Source of the DNA: a virus | IMG/VR virus record: IMGVR_UViG_3300045988_165974 | Coordinates: 74,244 to 138,243 of that record | Direction: 5' to 3' (one strand) | DNA: 64,000 nucleotides | Shown here: piece after piece, positions 17,564 to 27,013 of the stretch | Layout: the number at the start of each line of letters is the position of its first letter | How positions within the stretch are numbered: the stretch's first letter is position 1 | Made by a program: the position numbers and the translations under genes | Notes under the pieces: generated by a model | Database searches by the model: none | Seen by the model: only the letters and a program-made list of their open reading frames with translations | What the model was told of the DNA's origin: nothing

Positions 17564-18181
17564 ATGGAAGAAATAAAAGAAACACAAGTTGTTAATGAAG
17601 AATTAGAAAGCCTAAAAAAAGAAAAAGAAGCAACACTTAAAAGATTGACTGTTTTATCACAAGAAAATGAAATGTTGAGTTCTATAATAGAAGATTATCA
17701 AAAAGAATCGGGAGTTAAATTCAATCTTAACAAAGGAAAATTACTTCCTGCTTTGGTAGCTACACAAATGGAATTAAAAGAGGTTGAAAAAAGTAGTGAA
17801 AACCCTTTCTTCAATTCTAGTTATGCAGATTTATCTACGATAATAAAAGAGACAAGACCAATCCTAGCAAAACATGGCTTAGTAGTCGTACAAGCTCCGA
17901 TTAATGGTAAAATGGGATTAGATAAGAAACCAACACTTACAGTAAAAACAATTCTTTTCCATGAGGATGGAGAATTTATAGAATATGATTCAACTACCTT
18001 TGCTCCAAAAAACCCAGCAGATATACAGGCTTGGGGTTCTGCTATGACTTATTTAAAACGTTATACTTTGCAATCATTATTATGCATTTCTTTCAAAGTA
18101 GAGGACGATGACGGAAATTCAAATAGTGGAAAATCACCAGTTAAAGCTACTCCAACAAAGACAAAAGGTAATAGACTATAG
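17564..18181 (+). CDS. erf: ERF-family single-strand annealing recombinase
   Basis: ...NPFFNSSYADLSTIIKETRPILAKHGLVVVQ...AWGSAMTYLKRYTLQSLL... is the ERF signature. Confidence 0.8.
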   Translation: MEEIKETQVVNEELESLKKEKEATLKRLTVLSQENEMLSSIIEDYQKESGVKFNLNKGKLLPALVATQMELKEVEKSSENPFFNSSYADLSTIIKETRPILAKHGLVVVQAPINGKMGLDKKPTLTVKTILFHEDGEFIEYDSTTFAPKNPADIQAWGSAMTYLKRYTLQSLLCISFKVEDDDGNSNSGKSPVKATPTKTKGNRL

Positions 18182-18190
18182 AAAAGGAAT

Positions 18191-18219
18191 AGGTGAGCTT
18201 TCGGGTTCGCCTATTTTTT
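18191..18219 (+). terminator. Intrinsic terminator
   Basis: AGGTGAGC (18191-18198) pairs with GTTCGCCT (18205-18212), including G-U pairs, followed by a T6 run. Confidence 0.5.
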
Positions 18220-18756
18220 ATGGCTAGAACTGTTAAATGTAAATATTGTAATAAAAAAATTTTAAATACAGAGGCTTTTAAGCAAGAAGTTTCTGTAGGG
18301 AGTAAAACTCAAAACTGGTATTTTTGCAATAAAGAAGAGGCAAGACAGTATAGAATAGATTTAGACACATGGAAAACTATCATGTTTGCACTTGATGTCT
18401 TAGCAAAAGACAAAATAGCACATAGCAGTAAAGCAAAGAAAATGAATGATATTTTGAATCAAGGTTACACAAAAACAGATATATATTGTTGTTTAGTTGA
18501 AATGGTTAATGATATTTATCTTGAAAGTAAAATGAAGTATGACATAGAGACACCTTATCAAAAATTGTGTTATCTTAGTGCAGTAATAGAAAACAACATA
18601 GCTAGGATTCACAAAGATAATACTAGAGCAGATATGGAGCAGCAATATACTCCAACTGTAGAAGTTTTTAAAGAGCAAACAAAGGTAAAAAATAATAGAA
18701 GAAAAACATTGAGGGATAAAATAAATGAAAAACTTCAAGATAATAACAAAGAATAG
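18220..18756 (+). CDS. Hypothetical Zn-ribbon protein (possible helicase loader or replisome organiser by position)
   Basis: The N-terminus has CKYCNKK...YFCNKEE. It lies directly upstream of and overlaps the helicase gene. The start is ambiguous between GTG 18193 and ATG 18220. Confidence 0.5.
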   Translation: MARTVKCKYCNKKILNTEAFKQEVSVGSKTQNWYFCNKEEARQYRIDLDTWKTIMFALDVLAKDKIAHSSKAKKMNDILNQGYTKTDIYCCLVEMVNDIYLESKMKYDIETPYQKLCYLSAVIENNIARIHKDNTRADMEQQYTPTVEVFKEQTKVKNNRRKTLRDKINEKLQDNNKE

Positions 18757-20305
18757 AAAACAAATAGAATCTCTTGTCTTAGGAGGTTTCTTAAGCAACT
18801 TAGATTTTTATGGAACTTACAATAAAATAAGTGACAAAGATTTTAGAATTGAAGAAATTAAATTCTTTTTTAACATAGCAAAAACTATCAGTAAAAAATA
18901 TAAAGAATTAGATGAATTTAGCATCATGGAATTAATTTCAGGGAACAAAGAATCTAAGATTAAATATGAAAAATATGGTGGTTGGGATGCAATAGAAGAA
19001 TATATAGATAACTCAAATCCAAACAATATAGATGCATATATAGATAATTTAGCAAAAAATAATTATTTATTATATTTAGATGAAAAAGGCATTGATTTAG
19101 TTGAAGAAATTGAAATAGAGGGAACTATGATTTCTCCTTTAGATTTATTTTCTACATGGACTTGTGCAGAAGTTGGAGCTTTTTACGAAGGAATAGTTGC
19201 AAAAGGAGAAGTTCAATCTATTAATAAAAAATACAAAAGAGAAAGTCTTCTGTTTAGTGATGAAGAAATAATAAACTTGCAAGATAAAGTCGAAGCAGGA
19301 ACTCCATACAATGTCATATTTGAATATACAGACAAAGAAATCGGGATGGGAGATTCAGAAGAGCCAAGATATATTTATGGACTTCCTCTTACTTCTAATA
19401 AAACATCAGGAATGGGCAAAGGTGGAGGAGTTTCTTTTATAGCTGGTTATTCAGGTATAGGGAAATCAACTTTAACTTTCATTGATATTATTCTACCGCT
19501 TATCTATCAAGGAGAGAAAATAGTTATGTTCTCCAATGAACAAGGCTCTTTATATTTTAAGACTATCTTATATTCATTTGTAGCTTATAATGTATTTGGA
19601 TATAAAAACCTAAGAAGAAGTGACATTGTTAATGGAGAATTTGATGCCGAAAGTCTTGAAATTATGAAAAAAGTTAAAAAATTCCTTCAAGATAGAGAAT
19701 ATGACGAACTATTGACTTTTTATGAGTTAGAAGACTTTGACATTAGTGAAATTCTAAAAGTAGCAACAAGTTTAGTAACTCATGAAGGATATACTGGAAT
19801 ACTGGTAGATACTTTCAAAAGTGAAGATATGGCAGATGCACAATATGTTGGAAAAATATTAGAAAATGCGAAACAAATAGATAAATTTGGAAATAAATAT
19901 AAAATATTAACTTTTTTAACTATGCAATTAACTCCCGCTACTACTGATAAAAACGCTTATTTGACCGTAGGAGAGCTTTCTGAATGTAAGGCAATAGTTA
20001 CTGTGGCAGATTTATTATTTCTCGTTAGAAGGGTAATAAACGACTTAGAACTAGATGAAAAAAATAAAAAATATTATTTAAATCCATATAGGCTTAAATA
20101 CAACGAAGCAACAGAAGAATATGAAAGAGAATATATACAATTTGATGAAGAAGATTTAAAGAAAGACTATAGACTTGTATTTCTTACAAAATCACGAAGA
20201 GGGGGAGATGGAATGATTATTTTATTAAGATTCAATGGGACAACAGGCTGGTTTAAAGAAATTGGCTATGTTAGTCATGTATATAGAGGGCCACTTAGTT
20301 ATTGA
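18725..20305 (+). CDS. DnaB-like replicative helicase
   Basis: Walker A ...IAGYSGIGKSTLTF... and Walker B-like ...GILVDTFK... The size and the position before the primase fit. Confidence 0.7.
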   Translation: MKNFKIITKNRKQIESLVLGGFLSNLDFYGTYNKISDKDFRIEEIKFFFNIAKTISKKYKELDEFSIMELISGNKESKIKYEKYGGWDAIEEYIDNSNPNNIDAYIDNLAKNNYLLYLDEKGIDLVEEIEIEGTMISPLDLFSTWTCAEVGAFYEGIVAKGEVQSINKKYKRESLLFSDEEIINLQDKVEAGTPYNVIFEYTDKEIGMGDSEEPRYIYGLPLTSNKTSGMGKGGGVSFIAGYSGIGKSTLTFIDIILPLIYQGEKIVMFSNEQGSLYFKTILYSFVAYNVFGYKNLRRSDIVNGEFDAESLEIMKKVKKFLQDREYDELLTFYELEDFDISEILKVATSLVTHEGYTGILVDTFKSEDMADAQYVGKILENAKQIDKFGNKYKILTFLTMQLTPATTDKNAYLTVGELSECKAIVTVADLLFLVRRVINDLELDEKNKKYYLNPYRLKYNEATEEYEREYIQFDEEDLKKDYRLVFLTKSRRGGDGMIILLRFNGTTGWFKEIGYVSHVYRGPLSY

Positions 20306-21378
20306 TTGAACAAATAATAAATTCCTTCTCAAGTAACGATATCGTTAACTTCATGAAAATAGTCTTTGATGCCGACATTTTATTTGAAAATAACGAGAGA
20401 TTAGTCTTTTCTACAGAAGTTTGTCATGGTGGAGATAGCCATAACTTAGTTTATTTTAAAAGTAATCATCTTTTCTTTTGTAGGACTCATTGTAATAATA
20501 TCGGGTCACTTCTTGATTTAGTTATGAAAAATAAAAACTGTAATGAATCTGCTGCTACTGATATTATATTAGAATTTGTAAATCTTAGAAGAGAAGGTTA
20601 TGAGTTTGATTTTGATTCAAGTATAGAGAATGTTGAAAAACAAACTGTAGACGACATTGAGATAGAATTTTTACCTACAATAGATAAACCATTCCTTCAT
20701 AGAATATTTAGTAACAGAACTATTAAGTGTTGGGAATCTGAATTCATTACAAAAGAAACTATGCAAAAATATGAAATAAGATATGACATAGAACGTAATC
20801 AAATTATAATTCCACACTTTTGTTGGAACTCTCGACATAGAGTGGTAGGGATTAGAGTTCGAAATTTAGATTCTAAGGTATCTGAAAAATATGGAAAGTA
20901 TATTCCTTTGACTTATCATGGAGTATCTTATAATCATGCATTATCAAAGAATTTATATGGATTTAATTTTAATAAAAAGTTCATTAAAAAAAAGAAAAAG
21001 GTAATTATTTTTGAAGGTGAGAAATCTGTTTTACAGATGGATTCATTTTATAGAGATAAAAATTTAGCAGTAGCAGTTTGTGGAAGTGCTTTAAATATTT
21101 TTCAAAAGAAAATTCTTATAGACAATGGAGTTAAAGATATTACAATAGCTTTTGATAAGCAATTTCAAAAAACGGGGGACGAAGAATATTATATTTGGAA
21201 AGAAAAAATAAAGAAAATTACAATGGACTTAAGAGGGATTGTTGATGTTTATGTTATTTGGGATACCAATAATATCCTCGATTATAAGGATAGTCCATCA
21301 GATAAAGGTAAGAAAATATTTGAACAATTGTACAAAGAAAGAATCAGATTGGAGGATTTTTATGAGCAAGAGCTTTAA
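20302..21378 (+). CDS. DnaG-like primase (Zn-binding N-terminus plus TOPRIM)
   Basis: ...VCHGGDSHNLVYFKSNHLFFCRTHC... is the Zn motif. ...VIIFEGEKSVLQ...AVCGSAL...AFDKQ is TOPRIM-like. Confidence 0.6.
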   Translation: MIEQIINSFSSNDIVNFMKIVFDADILFENNERLVFSTEVCHGGDSHNLVYFKSNHLFFCRTHCNNIGSLLDLVMKNKNCNESAATDIILEFVNLRREGYEFDFDSSIENVEKQTVDDIEIEFLPTIDKPFLHRIFSNRTIKCWESEFITKETMQKYEIRYDIERNQIIIPHFCWNSRHRVVGIRVRNLDSKVSEKYGKYIPLTYHGVSYNHALSKNLYGFNFNKKFIKKKKKVIIFEGEKSVLQMDSFYRDKNLAVAVCGSALNIFQKKILIDNGVKDITIAFDKQFQKTGDEEYYIWKEKIKKITMDLRGIVDVYVIWDTNNILDYKDSPSDKGKKIFEQLYKERIRLEDFYEQEL

Positions 21379-21682
21379 GAAAATACCAATTTGTCTTGAT
21401 AAAACAGGAAAGAAATATAAAAAATTAAGTAATAAAATCATTAGACGATATAATAGAGAGCTTGTACAAAATCTCCACTTAAACAACTATGATACAGATG
21501 ATTATATTGGATTTTATGTAAAGGAAATTCCAAACGGAAATACATATAAACATGTGTTTCAAAGTTGGGATATTTGTGATTGGAAGATTGAAATATCTTT
21601 TGAGGAATATCTTGATTTTTGGAATATAGAATCCAATAAAGAGTCTTATAGGGATTGGTATACGAGATATATCATGAAATAG
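21362..21682 (+). CDS. Hypothetical protein
   Basis: ATG 21362 overlaps the primase stop. The upstream part of the tracked ORF lies inside the primase gene and is ignored. Confidence 0.55.
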   Translation: MSKSFKKIPICLDKTGKKYKKLSNKIIRRYNRELVQNLHLNNYDTDDYIGFYVKEIPNGNTYKHVFQSWDICDWKIEISFEEYLDFWNIESNKESYRDWYTRYIMK

Positions 21683-21713
21683 TTGACAAACTTAAACGGA
21701 AAGGAAATAAAAA

Positions 21714-22373
21714 ATGTATAATTATAAGTATGCTAGAATTATAGATTCTCTATGTACAAGACCAACATATACTGAATTTATTAGTAAATATTTTAAAGAA
21801 TGGCTTCCTTCATTCTCTTATGATAAATTACCTGAAAACGGAGAAAAAGTTGTTGTCTTAGGGAGTCAAGTAGAGGAAAATACAGAAGAATTGATTTATT
21901 TAGTTAGAAGTATTTTTACAGGGAATGTTTATCTAATAGACGATGAAGGAATTGACTTTACAAATATAAAAGATTTCTTATGTCCAGGAATGAATATACA
22001 GTTAAAAAATGGAATTTGGTATTTCATTTCGCACAATAAAGAATCTCTTATAAAAGAGAAAAATTATAGAATCCCATTAAAGTCATATGATTCAAATTTA
22101 AGCCATATAGAAGGAATGGAACAATGGGATATATCATCTGTAGTTATTAATTTAAATGGCACTACATGGCGAATATGGGAACGAAAAAAGGTAGATTGGA
22201 GTAAAGTTCCAAAAGACACAAGAGTATTTGTAAGAGATTCTACAGATAAAGAATGGAAGAAAGCTCATTTTGCTCTTTATGATAAAGGAACTTTTTATGT
22301 TTATCAAGAAGGAATGTCTTCTTGGACGACAGAGAAAATTCATCCATACAGATATTGCGAGTTAGCAAAATAA
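21714..22373 (+). CDS. Hypothetical protein with a C-terminal domain shared with 28213..28557
   Basis: ...VDWSKVPKDTRVFVRDSTDKEWKKAHFALYDKGTFYVYQEGMSSWTT... aligns with ...IDWTKVPVDAKILVREFHNDRWLKRRFAKFENGKVYAFQLGMDSWTT... Confidence 0.65.
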   Translation: MYNYKYARIIDSLCTRPTYTEFISKYFKEWLPSFSYDKLPENGEKVVVLGSQVEENTEELIYLVRSIFTGNVYLIDDEGIDFTNIKDFLCPGMNIQLKNGIWYFISHNKESLIKEKNYRIPLKSYDSNLSHIEGMEQWDISSVVINLNGTTWRIWERKKVDWSKVPKDTRVFVRDSTDKEWKKAHFALYDKGTFYVYQEGMSSWTTEKIHPYRYCELAK

Positions 22374-22380
22374 TGCAATC

Positions 22381-22418
22381 AAGACTATTGGATTATTTCT
22401 AATAGTCTTATTTTATTT
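22381..22418 (+). terminator. Intrinsic terminator
   Basis: AAGACTATT (22381-22389) pairs with AATAGTCTT (22401-22409), followed by a T-rich tail. Confidence 0.6.
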
Positions 22419-22429
22419 CCAAAAATTAG

Positions 22430-22458
22430 TTGACATACTAATATAAAAAATATATAAT
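22430..22458 (+). promoter_or_regulatory. Sigma-A type promoter (conserved family)
   Basis: TTGACA (22430-22435), a 17-nt spacer, then TATAAT (22453-22458). The ATG 22465 lies 7 nt after the -10 box. Confidence 0.65.
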
Positions 22459-22464
22459 TAAGAT

Positions 22465-24147
22465 ATGAAGATAAAGTTAAATAAAACAACAGAGGACATT
22501 AAAACAAACATGTTGACTAATCGAGGATTGACTGTAGAAGAAGTAAATAATCTTTTAAATCCAACTAAAAAAATGGTAGAAAGTATTTCTCATTATAATG
22601 TTGAAAAAGGGATTGATATGTATTTAAATTCAATAAAAAATAATGAATTAATTGCCACTTTAGTAGATGTAGATGCAGATGGTTATTGTTCTTCTTCTAT
22701 AGTATATCAAGTTACAACAGACGAATTTGGATATGAAAATATTGTTTATATACTTCAAGACGGCAAAACTCATGGACTTACAAGAAAGGTTGTAGATAAA
22801 CTTCTAAATTCAGATGTAAAATTACTGATAATTCCAGATGCGGGTTCAGATAATATTAAATTATTAAAAGAAATTTCAACGCATGGTATTAGTGTACTGA
22901 TACTGGACCATCATATAATTGAATTGCCAATGGATGAATTAAATAGTTTACATAATATTGTTCTAGTAAACTGTCAGAATGGAATTGTAGAAAATAAATA
23001 TCTATCAGGAACTGGAGTCACATATAAATTTTTTAGTGAAGTGGCTAAAAAACAAGGAATAAAGCTAAGAAGTAAATATTTAGACTTAGTTGCTCTTAGT
23101 CTTATTACAGATGTGTGTGATATGAAATTTAGTTTTGAAAATAGATATTATCTTTCTCAAGGTTCAAAAATAAGCAAAATAACTAATCCATTAATTGAAC
23201 TTTTCAAAGAAAAACTTAAAAAGAAAAGCAAAGATAAGTTTTCTATTACAGAGTTTGGATTTGAAATAGGCCCAAAGATAAATGCAATTATACGATATGG
23301 GACATTAGAAGAAAAAGAAATTCTTTTTAATGCAATGATTGGAGTTGAAGAATTACTACCAAATAAAAAGACATATCAACAAGAAACTTACACTATTGGT
23401 AGTAGATACCAAAGAATTCAAAGAGAATCCAGTAAAGAAATTATTCCATTACTCAATGACATTGTAGAAGAGACAAAAGCAAATGAGAAACCTGTAATTT
23501 TTATAGATGGGACAGACATTGTTCCAAAGGAAATAAAAGGATTATTATGTAATAAAATGCTTGATATATATAAAAAGCCAATTATGATTTCCACTTTAGA
23601 TAATGGAATTTATAGTGGTAGCAGCAGAAGTATAAAAACAGAACAATTATCTGATTTTAAATCTTTTTGTGAAAAAAGTCAATTGTTTGAATGGGTTCGT
23701 GGACATAATAATGCACATGGACATAAGATTAAAAAAGAAAACATACCTAAATTTTTAGAATACTGTGACAATAATTTAGATATGCAAGAGTATCAAGAGG
23801 AAGTAGAAAATATTTATGTAAATGAAATACCTCTTGAAGATGTAGTAGAAATAGCTAATTATGAAGAATTATGGTGCAATCAAATAGAACCACCAAAATA
23901 CCTTCTTAAAGGAGTTTGTTTAACTCCTGAAAGCATAGTTAGAGCAGGAAGTTCAACTTATAACATAATAATAGGAGATGTTAAATTTACTAAAGAATTT
24001 GGTTCTTTAGCTTGGTATAATGAAGTTTTAGATGAAATTTCAAAAACAGGATTATTAAATGTTGAACTTATTGTTGAATTTAGACAACAAAAGAATAAAC
24101 AACCTTATGCAAAAATTATTGAATTGAGGTGGGAACATGAAAGTTAG
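22465..24147 (+). CDS. RecJ-like DHH family ssDNA exonuclease
   Basis: ...LVDVDADGYCSS..., ...LILDHH..., ...RGHNNAHGH... The 560-aa size fits. Confidence 0.7.
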   Translation: MKIKLNKTTEDIKTNMLTNRGLTVEEVNNLLNPTKKMVESISHYNVEKGIDMYLNSIKNNELIATLVDVDADGYCSSSIVYQVTTDEFGYENIVYILQDGKTHGLTRKVVDKLLNSDVKLLIIPDAGSDNIKLLKEISTHGISVLILDHHIIELPMDELNSLHNIVLVNCQNGIVENKYLSGTGVTYKFFSEVAKKQGIKLRSKYLDLVALSLITDVCDMKFSFENRYYLSQGSKISKITNPLIELFKEKLKKKSKDKFSITEFGFEIGPKINAIIRYGTLEEKEILFNAMIGVEELLPNKKTYQQETYTIGSRYQRIQRESSKEIIPLLNDIVEETKANEKPVIFIDGTDIVPKEIKGLLCNKMLDIYKKPIMISTLDNGIYSGSSRSIKTEQLSDFKSFCEKSQLFEWVRGHNNAHGHKIKKENIPKFLEYCDNNLDMQEYQEEVENIYVNEIPLEDVVEIANYEELWCNQIEPPKYLLKGVCLTPESIVRAGSSTYNIIIGDVKFTKEFGSLAWYNEVLDEISKTGLLNVELIVEFRQQKNKQPYAKIIELRWEHES

Positions 24148-24559
24148 AGCAATACAAAATGTTGCTTTTATCAAAAAAGGCGAAATATACGATGCAACAG
24201 TCAATCATTGGGGAAATTATAGTATTTCTATAGATGGAGTGAGTCGTAGTTTCTCTCCTAAGTGGTTTGAGAAAATAACAAGAAAGGAACAAAAGCAAAT
24301 GAAAAATAATAACACTATTTATGAAATGCCGTCATATGTAACACTTCTTAGTGAAGGAGATGTAACTAAAGTTATATTTAACGAAGAAAAAGGAGTTACA
24401 GTTGTAAAACTTAATGATGGAACAAAAGCAACTGCAAGATGTAGTGAACATGATATATTTTGTAGAGAAACAGGTTTTAGAGTTGCTTATGCAAAGGCAG
24501 AAATAAAACAACTTAAAAAAATGATAAAAGACAGAGAAGAATTTATAGCAAGAGTTTAA
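24137..24559 (+). CDS. Hypothetical protein
   Basis: 140-aa ORF overlapping the upstream stop. Confidence 0.6.
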   Translation: MKVRAIQNVAFIKKGEIYDATVNHWGNYSISIDGVSRSFSPKWFEKITRKEQKQMKNNNTIYEMPSYVTLLSEGDVTKVIFNEEKGVTVVKLNDGTKATARCSEHDIFCRETGFRVAYAKAEIKQLKKMIKDREEFIARV

Positions 24560-24654
24560 AACTCAATAGAAAAATAAAAGTTGCCAACTGTCTATTGAGT
24601 TAATATAAAAAAGGTATGTGGATGTTTTAAATAGCTACATACCTTTAATCGTAA

Positions 24655-25111
24655 AAGGAGGAATGTTAAGTAACTAAAAACATAATCAAATGTGAGTCAA
24701 TGTACTCAAAGATACTCAAAATCCAGAGTATTAGCTGGTGACTTAAAACCGCTGAAATCTTAGGAAAGATAAGCCAGTACAAGTTGAAACAGTCTTGTTA
24801 ACTATGGGGCAGAACCCTGATGGTAAAGATTGAGCAATGGTAGAAGTCTACGAAAACCAAGTAGCAGAACATAAAATATTAGGAAAGGAAAAGCTATTTA
24901 GATGAAACCTGTATCTAATCAATAGAAAGGAATTTACAGGCATGTACCGATGGCTTAGTCGGGAATTTACGACTGTGGAGTGTACACGAACCTGCGAGTA
25001 GCGTATTACTTTGTAATCACAAAAGCATGCACATTGAAGCAGTAACTGCAAGTCGTGAGACTGCAGCGAATCATCTAGCATATACACATTTGTATATGTT
25101 CTTAGTAGCAG
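24655..25111 (+). mobile_element. tnpB-less relic of an IS605-family element that keeps the omega-RNA-like right end
   Basis: AAAGGAGGAATGTTAAGTAAC (24655-) resembles the RBS and start of tnpB at 3481-3505. CTGATGGTAAAGATTGAGCAATGG (about 24818) resembles the HADRDYNAS codons of tnpB. The 3' 170 nt match 4677-4846. Confidence 0.5.
24942..25111 (+). ncRNA. Orphan omega-RNA-like structured RNA (second copy of 4677-4846)
   Basis: The first ~95 nt are near-identical to copy 1. Distal hairpins CTGCAAGTC-GTGA-GACTGCAG (25046-25066) and CATATACA-CATT-TGTATATG (25079-25098) replace the copy-1 stems with different but still complementary sequence. Confidence 0.55.
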
Positions 25112-25125
25112 ATGAATTATGAATT

Positions 25126-25338
25126 ATGAAATGTTTTAGAGGAATAAGTGGTTGTGTGGGATATTCAAATGGAGAATGTCATAGTATAGAGAATTGTAAG
25201 TATCAAGATTATTTTTATAATAGCACAACAAATGACAACAGTTCAAAATCTACTAACGAATGCAGTAAGAAAGGATTTTGCCCATATAAATCAGGTGATT
25301 GGTGTACAGTGGTAAAAAATTGTGCTTATAAAGGTTGA
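25126..25338 (+). CDS. Small Cys-rich protein
   Basis: 70-aa ORF with 8 Cys. No clear RBS. Confidence 0.45.
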   Translation: MKCFRGISGCVGYSNGECHSIENCKYQDYFYNSTTNDNSSKSTNECSKKGFCPYKSGDWCTVVKNCAYKG

Positions 25339-25359
25339 GAATAATTGTGAGGGTAGACT

Positions 25360-26028
25360 ATGAAAATAGGAATAACTGGAGATGTTCATGGAGATAGGGA
25401 TTTTAGACAAATATATAATGCCAAAAAGCTTGGAATTACCCATTTAATTATATGTGGAGATTTTGGACATATTTGGGATGGCTCATATAAAGAGCAAAAA
25501 AGACTTAATTACATGAACAAAATAGGAATAAAGATATTATTTGTCGATGGAAACCATGAAAATTTTGATTTGTTATATAAATATCCTGTATCAGAAATGT
25601 ATAGTGGGAAAGTTCAAGTCATAAGAGAAAATATTATACATCTTATGAGAGGAGAAATTTATACAATTAACAACAAGAAGTTCTTTGCTTTTGGTGGAGC
25701 AGCATCAACTGACAAAGAGTTTCGTACAGAAGGAAAAAGTTGGTGGAAACAAGAACTTCCTAGCATCGAAGAATATCAAAATGCAATACTTAATTTACAA
25801 AAACATAATTTTAATGTTGATTATATAGTAACACATACAAGCTTTCCAAAAGCTTTGATTGAATTAGGTGGAGATTATAGAGTTGACGATATGTCTAATT
25901 TTTTGAATTACGTGAAAACACAAACAAATTATAAATATTGGTTCTTTGGACATATGCATACAAATACAGATATAAAAGACTTAAATGCTATGTGTTTATA
26001 TAAAAATATATATGTATTGGAGGAATAA
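25360..26028 (+). CDS. Calcineurin-like metallophosphoesterase
   Basis: GDVHGD, GDFGH, VDGNHEN and FGHMH motifs appear in the canonical order. Confidence 0.8.
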   Translation: MKIGITGDVHGDRDFRQIYNAKKLGITHLIICGDFGHIWDGSYKEQKRLNYMNKIGIKILFVDGNHENFDLLYKYPVSEMYSGKVQVIRENIIHLMRGEIYTINNKKFFAFGGAASTDKEFRTEGKSWWKQELPSIEEYQNAILNLQKHNFNVDYIVTHTSFPKALIELGGDYRVDDMSNFLNYVKTQTNYKYWFFGHMHTNTDIKDLNAMCLYKNIYVLEE

Positions 26029-26436
26029 ATGGGCAGAAAATATCTTAAAGAAATAGGTATAGAATTAAAGGACACTCCTTGGGGCTGGAACGGAAACGAC
26101 AAGAGAAAAGAAAAATGGAGAAAAGAAAGAAAAGAAATAGGTTTTGATGAAAGAGAAACATGGTCTTTAGACCGTACTATGGAACTATTGTTATATGAAA
26201 GATTGTGCAGATACAAAGAAATAGCAGAAAAAGTAATTGATTTAGACTTTCATGTATTTGAATATAATAATGAAGAATTAACACAAAGACAATGTATAGA
26301 CAGAATGATTGAAGGTTTGAAATTAGAATTAACATTAGACCTATTTGACGAAAAAAGAGAAGACGAATACGTTAAAGAAAAAATAGAAAATATATGGAAA
26401 ATATATGATTTATGTAAAAATACATTATGGTGGTAA
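26029..26436 (+). CDS. Hypothetical protein
   Basis: 135-aa ORF abutting the upstream stop. Confidence 0.6.
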   Translation: MGRKYLKEIGIELKDTPWGWNGNDKRKEKWRKERKEIGFDERETWSLDRTMELLLYERLCRYKEIAEKVIDLDFHVFEYNNEELTQRQCIDRMIEGLKLELTLDLFDEKREDEYVKEKIENIWKIYDLCKNTLWW

Positions 26437-26447
26437 GAGGGATTCAT

Positions 26448-26759
26448 ATGAATAGTATATTAGATTTAGGTTCAGTTTATGAAATAAGAAATATAAATTA
26501 TGTAATAATAGAAGTTTATAAATTAGAGGACCATGATTGTGGTGGATGGGGTAATGGAGGCTGGATAACGTATTATTATAAAGCGATTCCATTAAGTATT
26601 ATTAAAGCAGATACATATAATCTATTAGATTTAGATAATAGGATTATCGAATTTAATTCTGATGATAAAGAAATAATGGAAAGTATTAAAAAAGTAAGTG
26701 GTATTAATTATGATGTTAAAAGTTGGACTATAAGTGGTTTTATTTTAAATAAAAAATAA
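26448..26759 (+). CDS. Hypothetical protein
   Basis: ATG 26448 follows an AGAGGGA RBS. Confidence 0.55.
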   Translation: MNSILDLGSVYEIRNINYVIIEVYKLEDHDCGGWGNGGWITYYYKAIPLSIIKADTYNLLDLDNRIIEFNSDDKEIMESIKKVSGINYDVKSWTISGFILNKK

Positions 26760-26954
26760 TTGACAATAATTATCAGTAAGACGACCTCGTGAGAGCCTGT
26801 GAGAGCCATTTTAAAAATATGGTCGAGTGTTTATACCTTGAGATTCTTAGAATTGAAATTAGAAAAAATCAAAACTTCAAACTTTCCGTTTACAATAAAA
26901 AATGTGTGAATAACACCATATTTTATATATTTAATTAAAAACATAATAAAATCC

Positions 26955-26984
26955 TTGCTAATAACCCCGTAATCTCTATATAAT
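26955..26984 (+). promoter_or_regulatory. Sigma-A type promoter
   Basis: TTGCTA (26955-26960), an 18-nt spacer, then TATAAT (26979-26984). Confidence 0.45.
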
Positions 26985-27013
26985 ATGGGTAATAGGGTAA
27001 AAGGAGATTTATT

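Noticed and set aside
21239-21361. Upstream extension of ORF 21239..21682
   Set aside because: This part lies in an alternative frame inside the primase gene. A start at ATG 21362 overlapping the primase stop is the parsimonious choice.
26760-26790. TTGACA at 26760 as another member of the promoter family
   Set aside because: No acceptable -10 hexamer lies at 16-19 nt. The same applies to the orphan TTGACAAACTTAAA at 21684.
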